The notes: generated from the sequence alone by a model not told the origin. DNA of 64,000 nt from Octopus vulgaris (GCA_951406725.2 OX597823.1:76818001-76882000), one strand, 5' to 3'. Positions 38,394 to 51,897 are shown, numbered from the stretch's first letter. Program-made: numbers and translations.

Positions 38394-38707
38394 TTTATTT
38401 TTTTATGCGCCTTTTTCAAGCCTAACCAGGATCATGGGCTCGGTTTCCAGGTTGCTATGGCGTATGTGTTCCCCCCAGCTGGAAGGGAAACCAATCCATC
38501 GCAGCGTTACTCAAGAAACAAGAAGAAAGAGTGAAAGAAAGTTGGGGCGAAAGAATACAACAGGGGGCGCCACCACCCCATGCCGGAGCCTCGTGGAGCT
38601 TTTAGGTGCTTTCGCTCAATAAACACACACAACGCCTGGTCTGGGAATCGAAACCGCGATCCTCCGACCGCGAGTCTGCTGCCCTAACCACTGGGCCATT
38701 GCGCCTC
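38394..38707 (-). mobile_element. tRNA-derived SINE family 3 copy
   Basis: Head GAGGCGCAATGGCCCAGTGGTTAGGGCAGC...GGTTTCGATTCCC with A/B boxes. Confidence 0.82.
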
Positions 38708-38860
38708 TACTTAGCGTTGCTCTGCCTAAGCAAAATATTAATATATTTTGTATAAGAGAGAGAGAGAGAGAAAGACAGACAGACAGAAATAGACAGAGAC
38801 AAACAGAGAGAGAAAGATAGATATTAATTGAAAATGGAATGGACGACATTATTTATTTAA

Positions 38861-38969
38861 AATCACTACAATTATTTCGACATATTTTTTACACTCGTAC
38901 AAAATTGATGAGATCTAGCGTAATCTTTATCATCAATGAATGGTGTAAAATAGGACTCTTCAGGTGATT
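38861..38969 (-). ncRNA. Type I hammerhead ribozyme candidate, intact core, ~78-nt helix II
   Basis: Minus: aatcac-CTGAAGA-[tattttacac..attgatga..tcatcaat..gtgtaaaa]-GAAA-TAATTG-TA-gtgatt. Perfect 6-bp helix I, GUA site. Confidence 0.75.
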
Positions 38970-40030
38970 GCCTATATAAGCACACGCATAATACTTTCCA
39001 AGGCCTCGGTGACTCGTGATAGAAAGGTAGGAACAGCTGTTTATTTGTTTATCTTTGCTCCTTAGTGTATGCAATACTCGGTGATCTGTCAACCTGTCGA
39101 CTACGTCAATATATCCTGTTTTGTTAGGTGCAATTTTTTACTTACTTTAATTTGTTGGTTACTTTGTTTATTCTTATATTAGAATTAGTATTGTTGCACC
39201 ACTACAGTTTTTAAATGTTGCTGGAGTGCTATTAAATGTTTACTTGCTTACAATTTCGGACAAACTTTTAAGAATTGGATATTTTCCGGAGTCTACAACG
39301 AAGTATCGGATCGACTCCAGTACATTTGTTTTAAAGCCTGATACTTGTTCTATGCGTTAGGTCACGGACACGTAAAAACACCAACACAGGTTGTCAACCG
39401 GTGATGACGGACAGACACACACACACATACATACACACAAGCATGCATGAACGCACATGCACACGCACACATGCACCGACGCACATGTACGTACGCACAC
39501 GCACACAGAGAGACAAAGAGGTTGTGGTGTGTGACATTTATGTTTTTAACTAGGTTTTTTCTCCGTTACTTAGCCCGTTTGTAACGTTTTAACGTGATTA
39601 GTTGAAGAGAAGGCGAAGATTGAAAGAAAAAGGAGAAAGAAAGATAGAGTAAGGTGAAGAATGAGAGAAAAATAGGGAGAGTTGTGTGTATTAAGTATAT
39701 GAAATTGTGCATAAAAATATAAAATGAATATATAAATTGTATTAAGTAATCATCGTATTCCAATTTCCTTTACTTTTCAGTGATTAGCAGATGAGTGACT
39801 ATCTTCCCATACGCTTTCAGGTTTTGGGGGTAAAGTTTTCAGAAATAACTCACTAAATTTACCATTAAGTCCATCAAATATTCACGGGTCCCGCTAGCAA
39901 AATATGTAATATGCAAACAAAAAAAGAACATGCGGCTCTGAGACAAGACAAGACAAAACGTGTGTATAAATGATGCAATAGAAAAGGGTGTCCTATAGGA
40001 CTGGAAAGGAGAAGTAGACAAATGAAAATA

Positions 40031-40266
40031 AACTAATCCCTTGATTATCGCGGGTGTTACGTTCCAAACCCCTCTACGATAAGTGATAATCCGCGAAGTA
40101 GAAACAGTACTGCATTGTATTTATTTTTTATTATTTTTATAACTTGTATATAATTGTTTTATTATAAATGCAAAAGAACAGGACGGAGGAATCTACGTTA
40201 GCTTAAATAATAAACCGCAGTAGGTGAACCGCGATAGGTGAACCGTGATATGGCGAGGGGATACTG
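40031..40266. mobile_element. pogo/Tigger-like MITE, diverged
   Basis: Ends ATCCCTTGATTATCGCGG and CCGTGATATGGCGAGGGGATACTG; internal AACCGCGA-like repeats. Confidence 0.55.
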
Positions 40267-41266
40267 TTTAGAAAGCGAGATGGAAAGAACGAACGGTGAA
40301 AAAAGACGAATTCGATGTTGAAAGTAAAGAAAAAAGGGAGAAGCCAGGAGAAGCGTGACTGAATAAGTCAGCGGTCAAGCGAAAAACACGAACTTGGAAA
40401 GGGAAATAGAATGGTCACGGGTGATATGGTAGTGGAAGAAGAGGGGAGAGAAAGAAAGTGGTTGAGGGCAGAGACACATAAAAAGCCACAGAGAGGCAAG
40501 ATGAATTGAGAGGGAAAGAAAGTGTGAGGAAGAGAGAAAAATAAAGAGAGAGGGACGTTGTACTAAAAGAAACTCCAGCTTATATAGGAGGACAGTGAGA
40601 AGATGGGTGCGTGGCTTTATATTAGACAATAGTTTCAAAAATTAAACAGAAGCACGTGAAAGGAACGAACGCAAAATTGATACACAAAACATTGCCCTGC
40701 TATGATTAAAGATCTTAAACGATTTGAGAAACGTAACCCTTTCATGTTTAAAAATCTGTGAACTGTAAACTTTTCAGAAATAAAAATATGAAGTGCAGAC
40801 AAGTCTGAAGTAGATTGTTATGTAAATAAGATGTAGAAATCAAGCAACTAGCCAATACATTAATAATTTGGCTGACAAAGTAAGTAACCTCTACAAAATG
40901 CATAGATGCACATAAAAATATGAACATAAGGATATATATGTGTGTGTGTACATACATACATACATACATACATACATACATACATACATACATACATACA
41001 TACATACATACATACGTACATACATAATCATACACACAGACGAGTAAGTACTGGCATTGATATAGCGACATCTGAAATTTTGTCTAGTTGAATCTAGCCG
41101 ATGAGAACTAATAAAATTTACGTTGACAAACGTAATCTAGAAAGTTCGAAACCTAGATCCTAGATTATCCACATCTGGGTTGTACATTTATTCAATGTTC
41201 TTCCTATAGGTAAGATGAAATTTCTAAGGTTCACCGCCCGCAAACATTTTTGCCAGTATATATATA

Positions 41267-41465
41267 TAGGAAAGGAAAAAATTATAAGGCAGAATGCTAA
41301 ACTGAAAGTAAATTTTAATAAACATTGATGTTTCTAAATCTTGAAAATTTGCCTTGATATGAAAACCGGTGTGATTTATTTTTTTCTTTTTAATTCTTCA
41401 TACGTCCGTTTTTATTAAAATTTACTTTCAATTTAGCATTCTGCCTGATAATTTTCCCTGTCCTA
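41267..41465. repeat. Inverted repeat, ~55-bp arms with 88-bp spacer
   Basis: AGGCAGAATGCTAAACTGAAAGTAAATTTTAATAAA / TTTATTAAAATTTACTTTCAATTTAGCATTCTGCCT. Confidence 0.85.
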
Positions 41466-41516
41466 CCATTTCTCCACGTGCGGTTAACACAACCCCACTA
41501 TTTACTGATTTATACA

Positions 41517-41561
<45 letters not shown>

Positions 41562-41659
41562 ATAAATATTAGGGAATAAATCCAAATTTACAGGGAAAAA
41601 TCAGATTTATGATTGAATCCAATTTATAGTAAAATATATATATAATATTAATTAGAGAA

Positions 41660-42448
41660 AGCAACACAGCACGGGGCTATTAGTCTGGCGTCAAGAACAA
41701 TAACACTACGTTCAAGCTCCAATACATAAAAGATTTTATATAAATTAAATAAAGGCATTAAATTCCGAACTTTTTCATATTTGTTCGTGTCTCTTCTAAG
41801 GACGATCGTCGATCCTACAGGTGGTTTTCAAATCTAAAAATAATCAATATTTTATAAGATAGTAAATTTAATAACCCTCGATTTCAAAAAATATAAATAA
41901 TATATTTATCAATGAAAAAATTTTCTATATAATCTATACTATCCATCTATTGCCTCTAATCACCCGAACTAAAATAACCTCTACAGTAAACAATTGAATA
42001 TAAGACAAACCTACCTCACAGCTTAGTTCTCTGATATCTACCCATCCACAAACACAATCACGCATTCAGACACACACACATACACACATTAAGACAGTTA
42101 TATAGTCACACACACAGGCACTCATTCATAAAAGAAATCATTTAAACCCACCATTCTTTTGACCTGCATTAAGTCTTTACTATTCTTATGCCTCCCTCCT
42201 CCTACTTGGTTTGAACCCTAACCTTTAGAATATCTATATTCTATATATATATCATATACTATGACGTCACTCCTTATAAATATATATATATTATCGCCAT
42301 GGGCTCCTTGAAAGCGGTATAAAAGTTTTTGTCGCATTTTATGTCGACTGTTCCTTGATTTCCTGATGTAAATATTGGTGCATTCCTTCGGAATTAGGTA
42401 CCACCGTCGAAACATATATCGATAATATAGGATATTTGTTAACTAGTC

Positions 42449-42450
<2 letters not shown>
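41660..42450 (+). mobile_element. Probable PLE 3'/pseudo-LTR remnant with decayed hammerhead (42359-42423)
   Basis: TGACGTCA..TATAAATA motif, then CTGATGT...GAAACATATATC; abuts (TA)n. Confidence 0.35.
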
Positions 42451-42532
<82 letters not shown>

Positions 42533-43004
42533 TGAAGAAGACAAAATCATAGGAATTTAAAAATAAAGAACATGAGTAAAATACTACACAATGTTTTAGT
42601 CTACCATATTGATTTGAGTCTATGACTGATACTTATTTTATTAACCTCGGATTATCATGTGCAGGAATCTAATGGAACAGAGGCAAATATCGTAAGATAT
42701 TTTTCCAACACGAGATTCCGAAGAGTTTCTACCGAGTAAGTTTTCACTTACAAGGGGTTACACAAGTAGGCCGAAGTTAAGTTAGAAAACATATGCCTAA
42801 GTTTAGTGTATAAGCAATTAAGAAAAATCTCTAGTGTGTCGATTTTACGGTAAATAGTGGGTTGGTGTGTAATTAATGACCGTTTCGTTTATTCTAAATT
42901 TTAAATAAAACTGTCGTAAATCAAATTATAAAACGGTCGTTAACTTGTTTAACAAACCAACCCAGCAAAAATGATAAATGTCCTGACAATATATAGCTTA
43001 AATA

Positions 43005-43410
43005 AGGCGGCGAGCTGGCAGAAACGTTAGCACGCCGGGCGAAATGCTTAGCGGTATTTCGTCTGCCGCTACGTTCTGAGTTCAAATTCCGCCGAGGTCG
43101 ACTTTGCCTTTCATCCTTTCGGGGTCGATAAATTAAGTACCAGTTACGCACTGGGGTCGATGTAATCGACTTAATGCGTTTGTCTGTCCTTTTATTTGTT
43201 CCCTCTGTGTGTAGCCCCTTGTGGGTAGTAAAGAAATCGGTATTTTGTCTGTCTTTACGTTCTGAGTTCAAATTCCACCGAGGTCAACTTTGTCTTTCAA
43301 CCTTTCGGGGTCGATAAATCAAGTATCAGTAGCGTACTGGGTTCGATCTAATCGACTGCCCCACCCTACTCAGCAAACATTTCGGACCTTGTGCCAAGAG
43401 AAGAAAAGAA
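43005..43410 (+). mobile_element. SINE family 2 dimer (A+B)
   Basis: Complete head, A tail, junction AAAGAAATC|GGTATT, B tail. Confidence 0.87.
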
Positions 43411-43959
43411 TATATAACTTAAATCTAAGGCAGCCAACTGGCAATCGCTACCTCGCTGGACAAAATCCTTGACGTTATATCTTCCGACTTTATGGGCTAA
43501 GTTCAAATGCCACCGGAGTCAACTTTGGCTTTCATCCTTTCAAATTCGTTGAAATAAGTACCGTTTGAGCACTGGGGTCGATCTAACAGATTACTCCTTT
43601 CCATGAAATTGCTGGCCTTATGCCAACATTTGAAAATAATATATAATTTGAATTTAACATTCAAAGATTTTATCGTGGGATCTAGTAGACAAATTTTAAA
43701 CGCTGATATGTACGCTTTAAGTGAAAATAATCTTAATACGAACGATAATATAGATATCCCTTAATAATGATTTAAACCTATGGTACAGGGCCAACAGTTT
43801 GTGAGGGGAGAAAGTCGATTACATCGTCCCCAATACTTGTCTTGTACTTATTTTATCGACCCGAGAAGATGAAAGGCAAAGTCAGCCTCTGCGAAATTTG
43901 CCCAGCGTGCTACTGATTCTGCCAGCCTGCCACCTTAGATTCCTTTAATAATAAGGAAG

Positions 43960-44800
43960 AAATATCAACGATTCTTAAATTAAAATTGGATGATAAAAGA
44001 ATATGAAAAGCAAGAAAGTAATGCGATGTGTTATTGCTTTTAACACAACATTTTCAGTCTTACAGAATAGGAGCAGACTGTTTGTTTTTGACAATGAAAA
44101 TATATTTCAAAATAAGATTCTCACCTCCTCACAAGCTACAAATCTTGAAAGAAGGTTATGGAAAATTATATGGATACCAACACTTGTTTGTTACTTATTT
44201 TGTCAACTAAAAACTCTAGATTGTATGAAGGATATGATTCAAACATGGAAATAATTCAACTTCAACATTTCTTTAACAACAAATACACTAAGAGTAGACT
44301 CCTTAGACATCGCCGTGAACCTGTCTATTAAAAGATAGCAAACGTATCGGAAATTAACCGGGGCAGCTAACTCAAGTGAGTAAATCTTAATGCTATTCAG
44401 CAACAATCTAAAGAATATTGAATGCAAATGTAAGCATAAGAATAACAAGCAAATCTACTGATAAACTTCAACCATGTGGTGCACAACTACAATAACACTT
44501 TAACAAATGGTGGATATAATGAAAAATCGAATTCCTGCCTAAGTAACAAGTTATATCTAGAAGCAAGAAAAGAAATATAATCTGGTTTGACCTGGCATAG
44601 AGTTGGAATGTAAAATCAAGGAAAGCTAGGAACTTATCAGTCCTACTTAACAAACAATTTGCTGCTAACCATAAGTAAGATAACTTATTTAATAGACATA
44701 ATGTAAATGTCAGTTTCCGTTGCATAAAGAAAAATGTAATGTGAAGTATGAAACAAGATTATAATAACAAGAGATTCAAACATATAGCAATCTAAAAGTA
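43960..44800 (+). pseudogene. Penelope-like RT thumb/linker remnant
   Basis: FNISLTTNTLRVDSLDIAVNL; KKRNIIWFDLA*SWNVKS...NKQFAANHK*DNLFNRHNVNVSFRC (compare PLE RNIIWFNPP..FNRNTVKVSYSC). Confidence 0.78.
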
Positions 44801-45200
44801 ACTATAAAAATTTGAATCACCGTTCAGTTGACAGTGAATTATTATAGTGTTCTCTTGGTTATAGCACTATGGTAAAAGCAAGTGAATGCTTATGTGGTCA
44901 CGAGATTTCTTTCGTAAACTCGTGGAATTCGTTTCGATGCCGATACGCGAAATTTGAGCAGTATTAAATTAAAACAGCCATATACATACGTGTTAGGTAT
45001 GGTACAAAGATTGCAAATTTAATTTAATACTGCATCAATTGCATACACGGATTATTTATTCAACCCGATGGCTATTCACAATACCCCTGGATGTCTTAGT
45101 CACTATTATACATACATGCATGCATACTTATATACATACATACACACAGACAACACACACACGCACACACACACATATATACGACGGGCTTTCAGTTTCT

Positions 45201-45606
45201 TATTTCTTATTTCTTTATTGCCCACAAGGGGCTAAACGTAGAGGGTACAAACAAGGAGAGACAAAGGGATTAGGTCGATTACATCGACCCCAGTGCGTGA
45301 CACCGAAAAGATGAAAGGCAAAGTCGTCCTCGCCGGAATTTGAACACAGAACGTAACGGCAGACGAAGCACCTATTTCTTTACTACCCACAAGGGGCTAA
45401 ACATAGAGGGAACAAACAAGGACAGACATAGGTATTAAGTCGATTACATCGACCCTAGTGCATAACTGGTACTTAATTTATCGACCCCGGAAGGATGAAA
45501 GGCAAAGTCGACCTCGGCGGAATTTGAACTCAGAACGTAACGGCAGACGAAATACCGCTAAGCATTTCGTCCGGCGTGCTTATGTTTCTGCCAGCTCGCC
45601 ACCTTA
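45201..45606 (-). mobile_element. SINE family 2 dimer inserted in a family 1 SINE, 17-bp TSD
   Basis: ACGGGCTTTCAGTTTCT at 45184-45200 and 45607-45623. Confidence 0.88.
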
Positions 45607-45992
45607 ACGGGCTTTCAGTTTCTGCCAACCAAATTCACTCACAAGGCTTTGATCGGGACGAGGCTACAGTAGAATATACTTGCTCAAAAAGTGGCACAAA
45701 ACCAAGGTTCATCGCGTTCTTGTTGACTATTACTAAGATGACTTGTTCGCCTTGCTCTGATATATATTGTGCTTTTAGGCACAGCATGTTCAAAATAGAT
45801 TTTATATCGGACGAAAACAGTATTAACGCGCCTGTCAATGGAGTAGATACATTAAATATGATAAATAGATGCCTAATTTAATTTGATACACTTTCAGTTG
45901 CGCACACTGGTTAATGATGTATATTTGAACACATTATTTCACATCGTGAATTTTCTGAAATACATACATACATACATACATACATACATACA

Positions 45993-46028
<36 letters not shown>

Positions 46029-46029
46029 T

Positions 46030-46078
<49 letters not shown>

Positions 46079-46118
46079 TATATACATACATATATATATA
46101 CATACATATATATATGCA

Positions 46119-46200
<82 letters not shown>

Positions 46201-46521
46201 AATTTACAGCATTTCTATTTTGTTGCCAGACAAACCTCCAACACCACTTGTCTTTGCAAAGGGCAGACATACGTTCATGTACACTCACGCACTCAAACTT
46301 AAACATACGCGCTAATACGATGGCAATTTTTCAAACCAAAATACGAATTAGGTCTATTAACTCTGTATTATGTACTCTATTCAAGTTTCAGCGCTATAAA
46401 AGTACTATATAGATGTATTTAATCGATCAAACTATTTGTCTGTCTATCTATTTCTCTATGTGTATATATATATGTACACATATATATATATATATATGAA
46501 TATGTGTGTATGCATGAATAC

Positions 46522-46567
<46 letters not shown>

Positions 46568-46578
46568 GTATTCATGCC

Positions 46579-46614
<36 letters not shown>

Positions 46615-47337
46615 CGTGAGTGTGTTTGTATGTATGTATGTATGTATTATTTGTAAATAGTTTCATGAACAAACTGGCAGAACTCCATACATTATTATAT
46701 TAGGCAGCGCAAATATATTTATTATGATATAGTAGATAAATATTGCTAGCTTTTGGTTACTTCAGTTTTCATACTAAACAGAGCATTCTTCAGATGGATG
46801 TGATTCGAAATGGTGGGTTTTTTTCACTTGAATAATTTCATCTGAAAAATGTCGCTTTGGATGAAACTTTAAGTCAGAGAAAATTTGTAAAATTTATTTC
46901 ATATTTGTTTACTGTATGTGCGCTTATATATGTTTGTGTGTACGTGCGTGTGGTTTTATTTATATATAACTGAGAAAGTCGGCATTGTCCGGATGCTGCG
47001 ACTACCGAACCAAATTATAAATCCGTTTCTGAACTTTTAAGATTTGGCATCGATCCTCCTTCATATATCAAACGAAGCCAAATTCAATGCGTGTGACGGA
47101 AAAAAATATAGAAGCGAACCATTTTTGGGAAAAAAATCATTCATTCGAATAACTGTAAATGACTTAACATTTAAAGTGATTGAATTCTTATCGAGGAGGC
47201 TGGCCAACATTCTTGTTATATCTTGTACTGTATTCATTGCCGGAGCCTTCCGATACGTTCGTTAAAGAATTTTTTTCAGAGTTTTCCTCAATATTGAAAG
47301 TCCCTTATTACAATGGAGAAGATTCTATACTTTCGTA

Positions 47338-47481
47338 GCTGTGAGGTTAAAAGTTTGCTTTCCAACCTCATGGTTCCAGGTTTAGTTCCACTACGTGGTT
47401 GTTTGGACAAGTGTCTTCTACTAAAGTCCCGGGCCGACGAAAGTCATGTAGTTTGGTCGACGGAAACTGAAAGAAGCCTGT

Positions 47482-47519
<38 letters not shown>

Positions 47520-47802
47520 TAAGAAAGTTGGTTTGTGTGAAAGCACGTGGTTGAATATATAGAAAATAGTAAAAAGTGAAAAAACTACAGAAGGCTTGTT
47601 TTAAAAGGTTAAAAAATATATATTTGAGTCAATATGTCTGAAGAATATTATAAATTATTTTCTTACAATGACATATAATATTCTTCAGACATATTGACTC
47701 AAATATATATTTTTTAACCTTTTAAAACAAGCCTTCTGTAGTTTTTTCACTTTTTACTATTTTCTCTCTCTCTATATATATATATATATGTGTGTGTGTG
47801 TA

Positions 47803-47837
<35 letters not shown>

Positions 47838-48082
47838 ATGTATGTATGTATGTATATATGTATATATCTGTGTGTGTTTGTGCTTGTCCTCAATCGCTTG
47901 ACAATCGATGTTAGTTTGTTTATGTTCCATAACTTAGCAATTCTGCAAAAGAGACTGACAGAATAAGTACTAGGCTTAAAAACAATGAACTATGAGATCG
48001 ATTCGTTCGACTGAAATTCTTCAAGGCGGGGGTCCAGCATGGCCGCAGTTTATGACAGAAATGACAAAAAAAAAAAGATAAA
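47338..48082 (+). mobile_element. Diverged SINE family 1 copy with a hairpin insert in its (TA)n
   Basis: Head at 47338-47485, tail at 47880-48082. Confidence 0.75.
47561..47765. repeat. Perfect 92-bp inverted repeat with 21-nt spacer
   Basis: 47561-47652 is the exact reverse complement of 47674-47765. Confidence 0.93.
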
Positions 48083-48199
48083 GGGTTTTATGAATTACAA
48101 AACAAAACTAAACGATTTATATACAGGGGTCAATGGTTAGATATATGGTGTCAGAGGTCCAGTTTCTTACGTAGGGACCTGCTATTTTATCTTTCAAGA

Positions 48200-48620
48200 C
48201 ACCTAAGCCGTGTTTGGCTCCCATTCGACACATACTTCTCACTTGTAGTTCCTCAAAATATTTGAATGCGGCAGTGAGTCACTCTCTGGACAACAATAAG
48301 GACATGCTGGCTTAACCAAGCCGAACCGACGAGTTTATCACACTCTCAGTGAAATTTGTTAGGTGCTTGTCACTCCCCGTATGTGAAGTATCATTTTCAG
48401 TGAACCGTGTGAGACACAAGAAGCTTAAACATCATTGATGAAGGCTCGGTGCACAGAAAGACCATCTCTAACAACGATGCTGTGGAGCACGGACCCAGTC
48501 GCGTAGCTAACAGGGGAAAAACTTGTTCAACCACTCCTTCCGAGCAAGTTTTTCAAATTTGGTGCCCTTTCAACTATTATTCTAAAACTCCCTAGTTACC
48601 TATATCAATAGCTTTATACA
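48200..48620 (+). pseudogene. Very decayed mariner-like transposase remnant
   Basis: FECGSESL resembles F..GRESLED; a later segment resembles HPPYSPDLAP. Confidence 0.3.
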
Positions 48621-49420
48621 TAGTGACGCTGTTAATCAAATGCCAAGAATTAATGAACGTAGAATCCAATTACGTGTAGGAGTTACATAATTCGTAAGAG
48701 GTTTATTATTACCTATTTTACGTTGACGAATCATGGGAGTTACCCACAGTGGTCTTCCTTGGCAAATATTCTACAAGATTCCAAGAAATCGGATTTATGT
48801 CCCTTTTACTAATCTCATTGAGCTGGGATTGCTCTAGAAGATTTTTTAGTCGCCAGAGGGAGCCAGTAGTCTTTGGGGGTTATGTATTTAATTGCTGTGG
48901 GATTTCGATCTCTTCTTCAACCGTCGGACTTCGACCTAAACACGTGTCTGTGTTTGAAAGCGCAAAGTTTTTACAACACGTTCCTAAGCAAACGAATACC
49001 TCCGACGAGCATCCTGGTATTTCAAAGTTATCAAATCACACACCATCTACACGACTTACTCATTCACTAGAAGTAACCTAAGTGGTGTATGAAATTCTCT
49101 CGTTCATTTTAATTTAACTTCCTCACACAGAACGCGATAAGGCAATGTAGTACGTACACTCTTTATTCATGTACCGCTTCAACCGAAGCATGTCATTAGT
49201 GAATTCCTACCTGTTCTGAATTGTATTAAGTTGTTTGTGAAGTTCAAGAAGTCTCTTTTGTTTATTCCAACCAAGAATGCTTTTGATCTTTCGTAACACG
49301 AGGACTTTTGCTTCTTAATTAACTTCTGTGGCTGAACGTTCAAGGTTACAGTAATCAACATCATTTGTAACAGTGGTAACATCCTTGTAACATACGTATA
49401 TTATAACCAGTGTAATATTA

Positions 49421-49755
49421 AGCGCAGGAGTGGCTGTGTGGTAAGTAGCTTGCTTACCAACCACATGGTTTCGGGTTCAGAGCAAGTGTCTTCAACTATA
49501 GCCTCGGGCCGACCAAAGCCTATGTGTATATATATGTGTGTGTTCGTGTGTCTGTATTTGTCCCCCTCCAGCATTGCTTGACAACCGATGCTGGTGTGTT
49601 TACGTCCCCGTAACTTAGCGGTTCGGCAAAAGACACCGATAGAATAAGTACAAGGCTTACAAAGAATAAGTCCTGGGGATCGATTTGCTCAACTAAAGGC
49701 GGTGCTCCAGCATGGCAGCAGTCAAATGACTGAAGCAAGTAAAGAGTAAAGAGTA
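49421..49755 (+). mobile_element. SINE family 1 copy with internal deletions
   Basis: Head and tail match. Confidence 0.85.
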
Positions 49756-50594
49756 ATATGAGAGAAAGGAATCGAGAATTGTTTGGTATGTGTCACGGCC
49801 CCTCTTTTATGTGCTCGCTTCATCTAACCTGGCGACGCCTATGCACATACCTCAAGATACGTGAGACGCGCAGATCACCCCAATCATTCCGCTGCATCCT
49901 GTCGTTTTGATTCACTTTCCTATTGGTTCAGGAAGTTATGGATGCAAAAGTAAAGCTGGTAGCCCATCCGTCCGGTATTGCAAGTTCAGTACAAATTAGT
50001 ATTCGAACATTTGTAAACCACAAACAGATAGCAGATCATTCGTTGTGGCAGTCGATATACCATGCACGCCTGTGACAATGAAATACCGGAACTTTAATAG
50101 CTTAATCATACGGAACCTTATTGCATCTGGAGATGCAGTCGAGAATCTTACGTAACCTTCAATTAAAGAAGAATCACTGCATTTTACGTTATTGATACCC
50201 TCAAAGAAGCCTTGTTGAGGTTTAACAGGTGAAATTTTTTATTATCTTCGTAGACGCTGCTACAATAAGAGTAAAGCTTTGTATGAATGTGTGTACGTAT
50301 GAATATATATTTAAACATGTATGTATGTATGTATGTATGTATGTATGTATGTATGTATGTATGTATGTATGTACGTACGTATGTATGTATGTATGTAAGT
50401 ATGTATGTATGTATATATATATATATATATTATTTAGAGATAGTAGTAAGTATTAAATTAAATTAAAATTTTTTTTATATAGTAGGATGAAGGGGACTAC
50501 TATCTCTAAATAAAAAATATATATTTCCTCATTGAGAATAATTTGAACCCCTGTGATGCCGGAATTTTTATTCCCTAATAAATAAAATAATATA

Positions 50595-50652
<58 letters not shown>

Positions 50653-50697
50653 TAACAATAGTACTAAAAACTAATCCATTCTTGTTGCTTCTTTCTC

Positions 50698-50743
<46 letters not shown>

Positions 50744-50894
50744 TTGTTTTCTTGTTGTAAATTTTTGTTTTTCCCGTTTCTACGTCTTGTTGTGGTGTCC
50801 TGTACTCACGTATATTTACTTATATATGCATGTATATATACATGTAGATGTAGGTATGTACATATATGTTTGTATGTATGGATATATTTTTATT

Positions 50895-50930
<36 letters not shown>

Positions 50931-50959
50931 ATGTATGAATGCATGTACGTACGTACGTG

Positions 50960-50993
<34 letters not shown>

Positions 50994-51897
50994 TGTATGT
51001 ATGTATGTATGTATGTATGTATGTATGTATGTACATGTGTTCGTCTGTCTATCGGGATGTGTGTGTGCGTATGCCTGTCTATATTATTTTGAATATCCAT
51101 AAACTGAGTGTCTGAATTGTCTACAAACATAGACACATTTCCATCAAAATAAGACATAATGCAAAATGTCTTCATTTTTTTTTATCTCTCACAAAATGTT
51201 AATTAAAGTTGAACTGAAATAATGTTTCTTCAGATGTACAAAATTTTAATTTGTTTTATACTGAATATTTAATCATCGGTGCTACTGCAATGTTTATCTT
51301 GTAGCAGCTTTAAACCTTTTAATCGCCATGTCATCAGTGTTTTTCAATAATTAAAGTATACATTGTTAACTGCTGCAAGTTTCACTTCTTTCGGAACTTC
51401 TCTAATCCAGTTGTGTTTAATAATTTGACACACGTATGCTGTCTGTCTGCAGTCGTCTATTCCAGCAAAAAGCACACAAAATGTAGATTTGAATATCTGA
51501 TAACTAACTGAAAATTACGTTTTAAAATGCATTACATTTTCAATCAATACCAGTGGCAAGAAGTAATGACATATATTGTCAGATAAGTCTCGTAGATATT
51601 TAAAAACTATTAGGCACTTTCTGCTATTGAGAGGAAGATAATTAGTGATGGAAATGGTTGTAATGAAAATATACAAGTTAGAGTTATATTACAAAAACGG
51701 AAAACGTTTAAAGAACAGTTACGACTTGGCAACGAAATGGTTTCTTTCTATGGAGTAATGGGCGGTTGCATACTAATTATACATGTTCGTTCAATGTGGT
51801 AGAGCAACGAAAATGAACTGAGCATGCTTTGCTTGATATGTTATATCAAATATTATTAAAATCTGAGTGCAGATGAATTGAAATTACTGGTTGATTA

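Noticed and set aside
42921-43271. Recurrent ORFs such as RNWYLIYRPRKDERQSRPRRNLNSE and [10 protein letters not shown]
   Set aside because: Translations of SINE families 2 and 1, not a protein family.
46752-46800. Hammerhead-like CTGAAGA-atgct/agtat-GAAA on the minus strand
   Set aside because: No helix I complementarity; may be chance.
49790-50265. Possible solo LTR (TGTCACG...CA)
   Set aside because: No TSD, PBS/PPT or second copy in the window.
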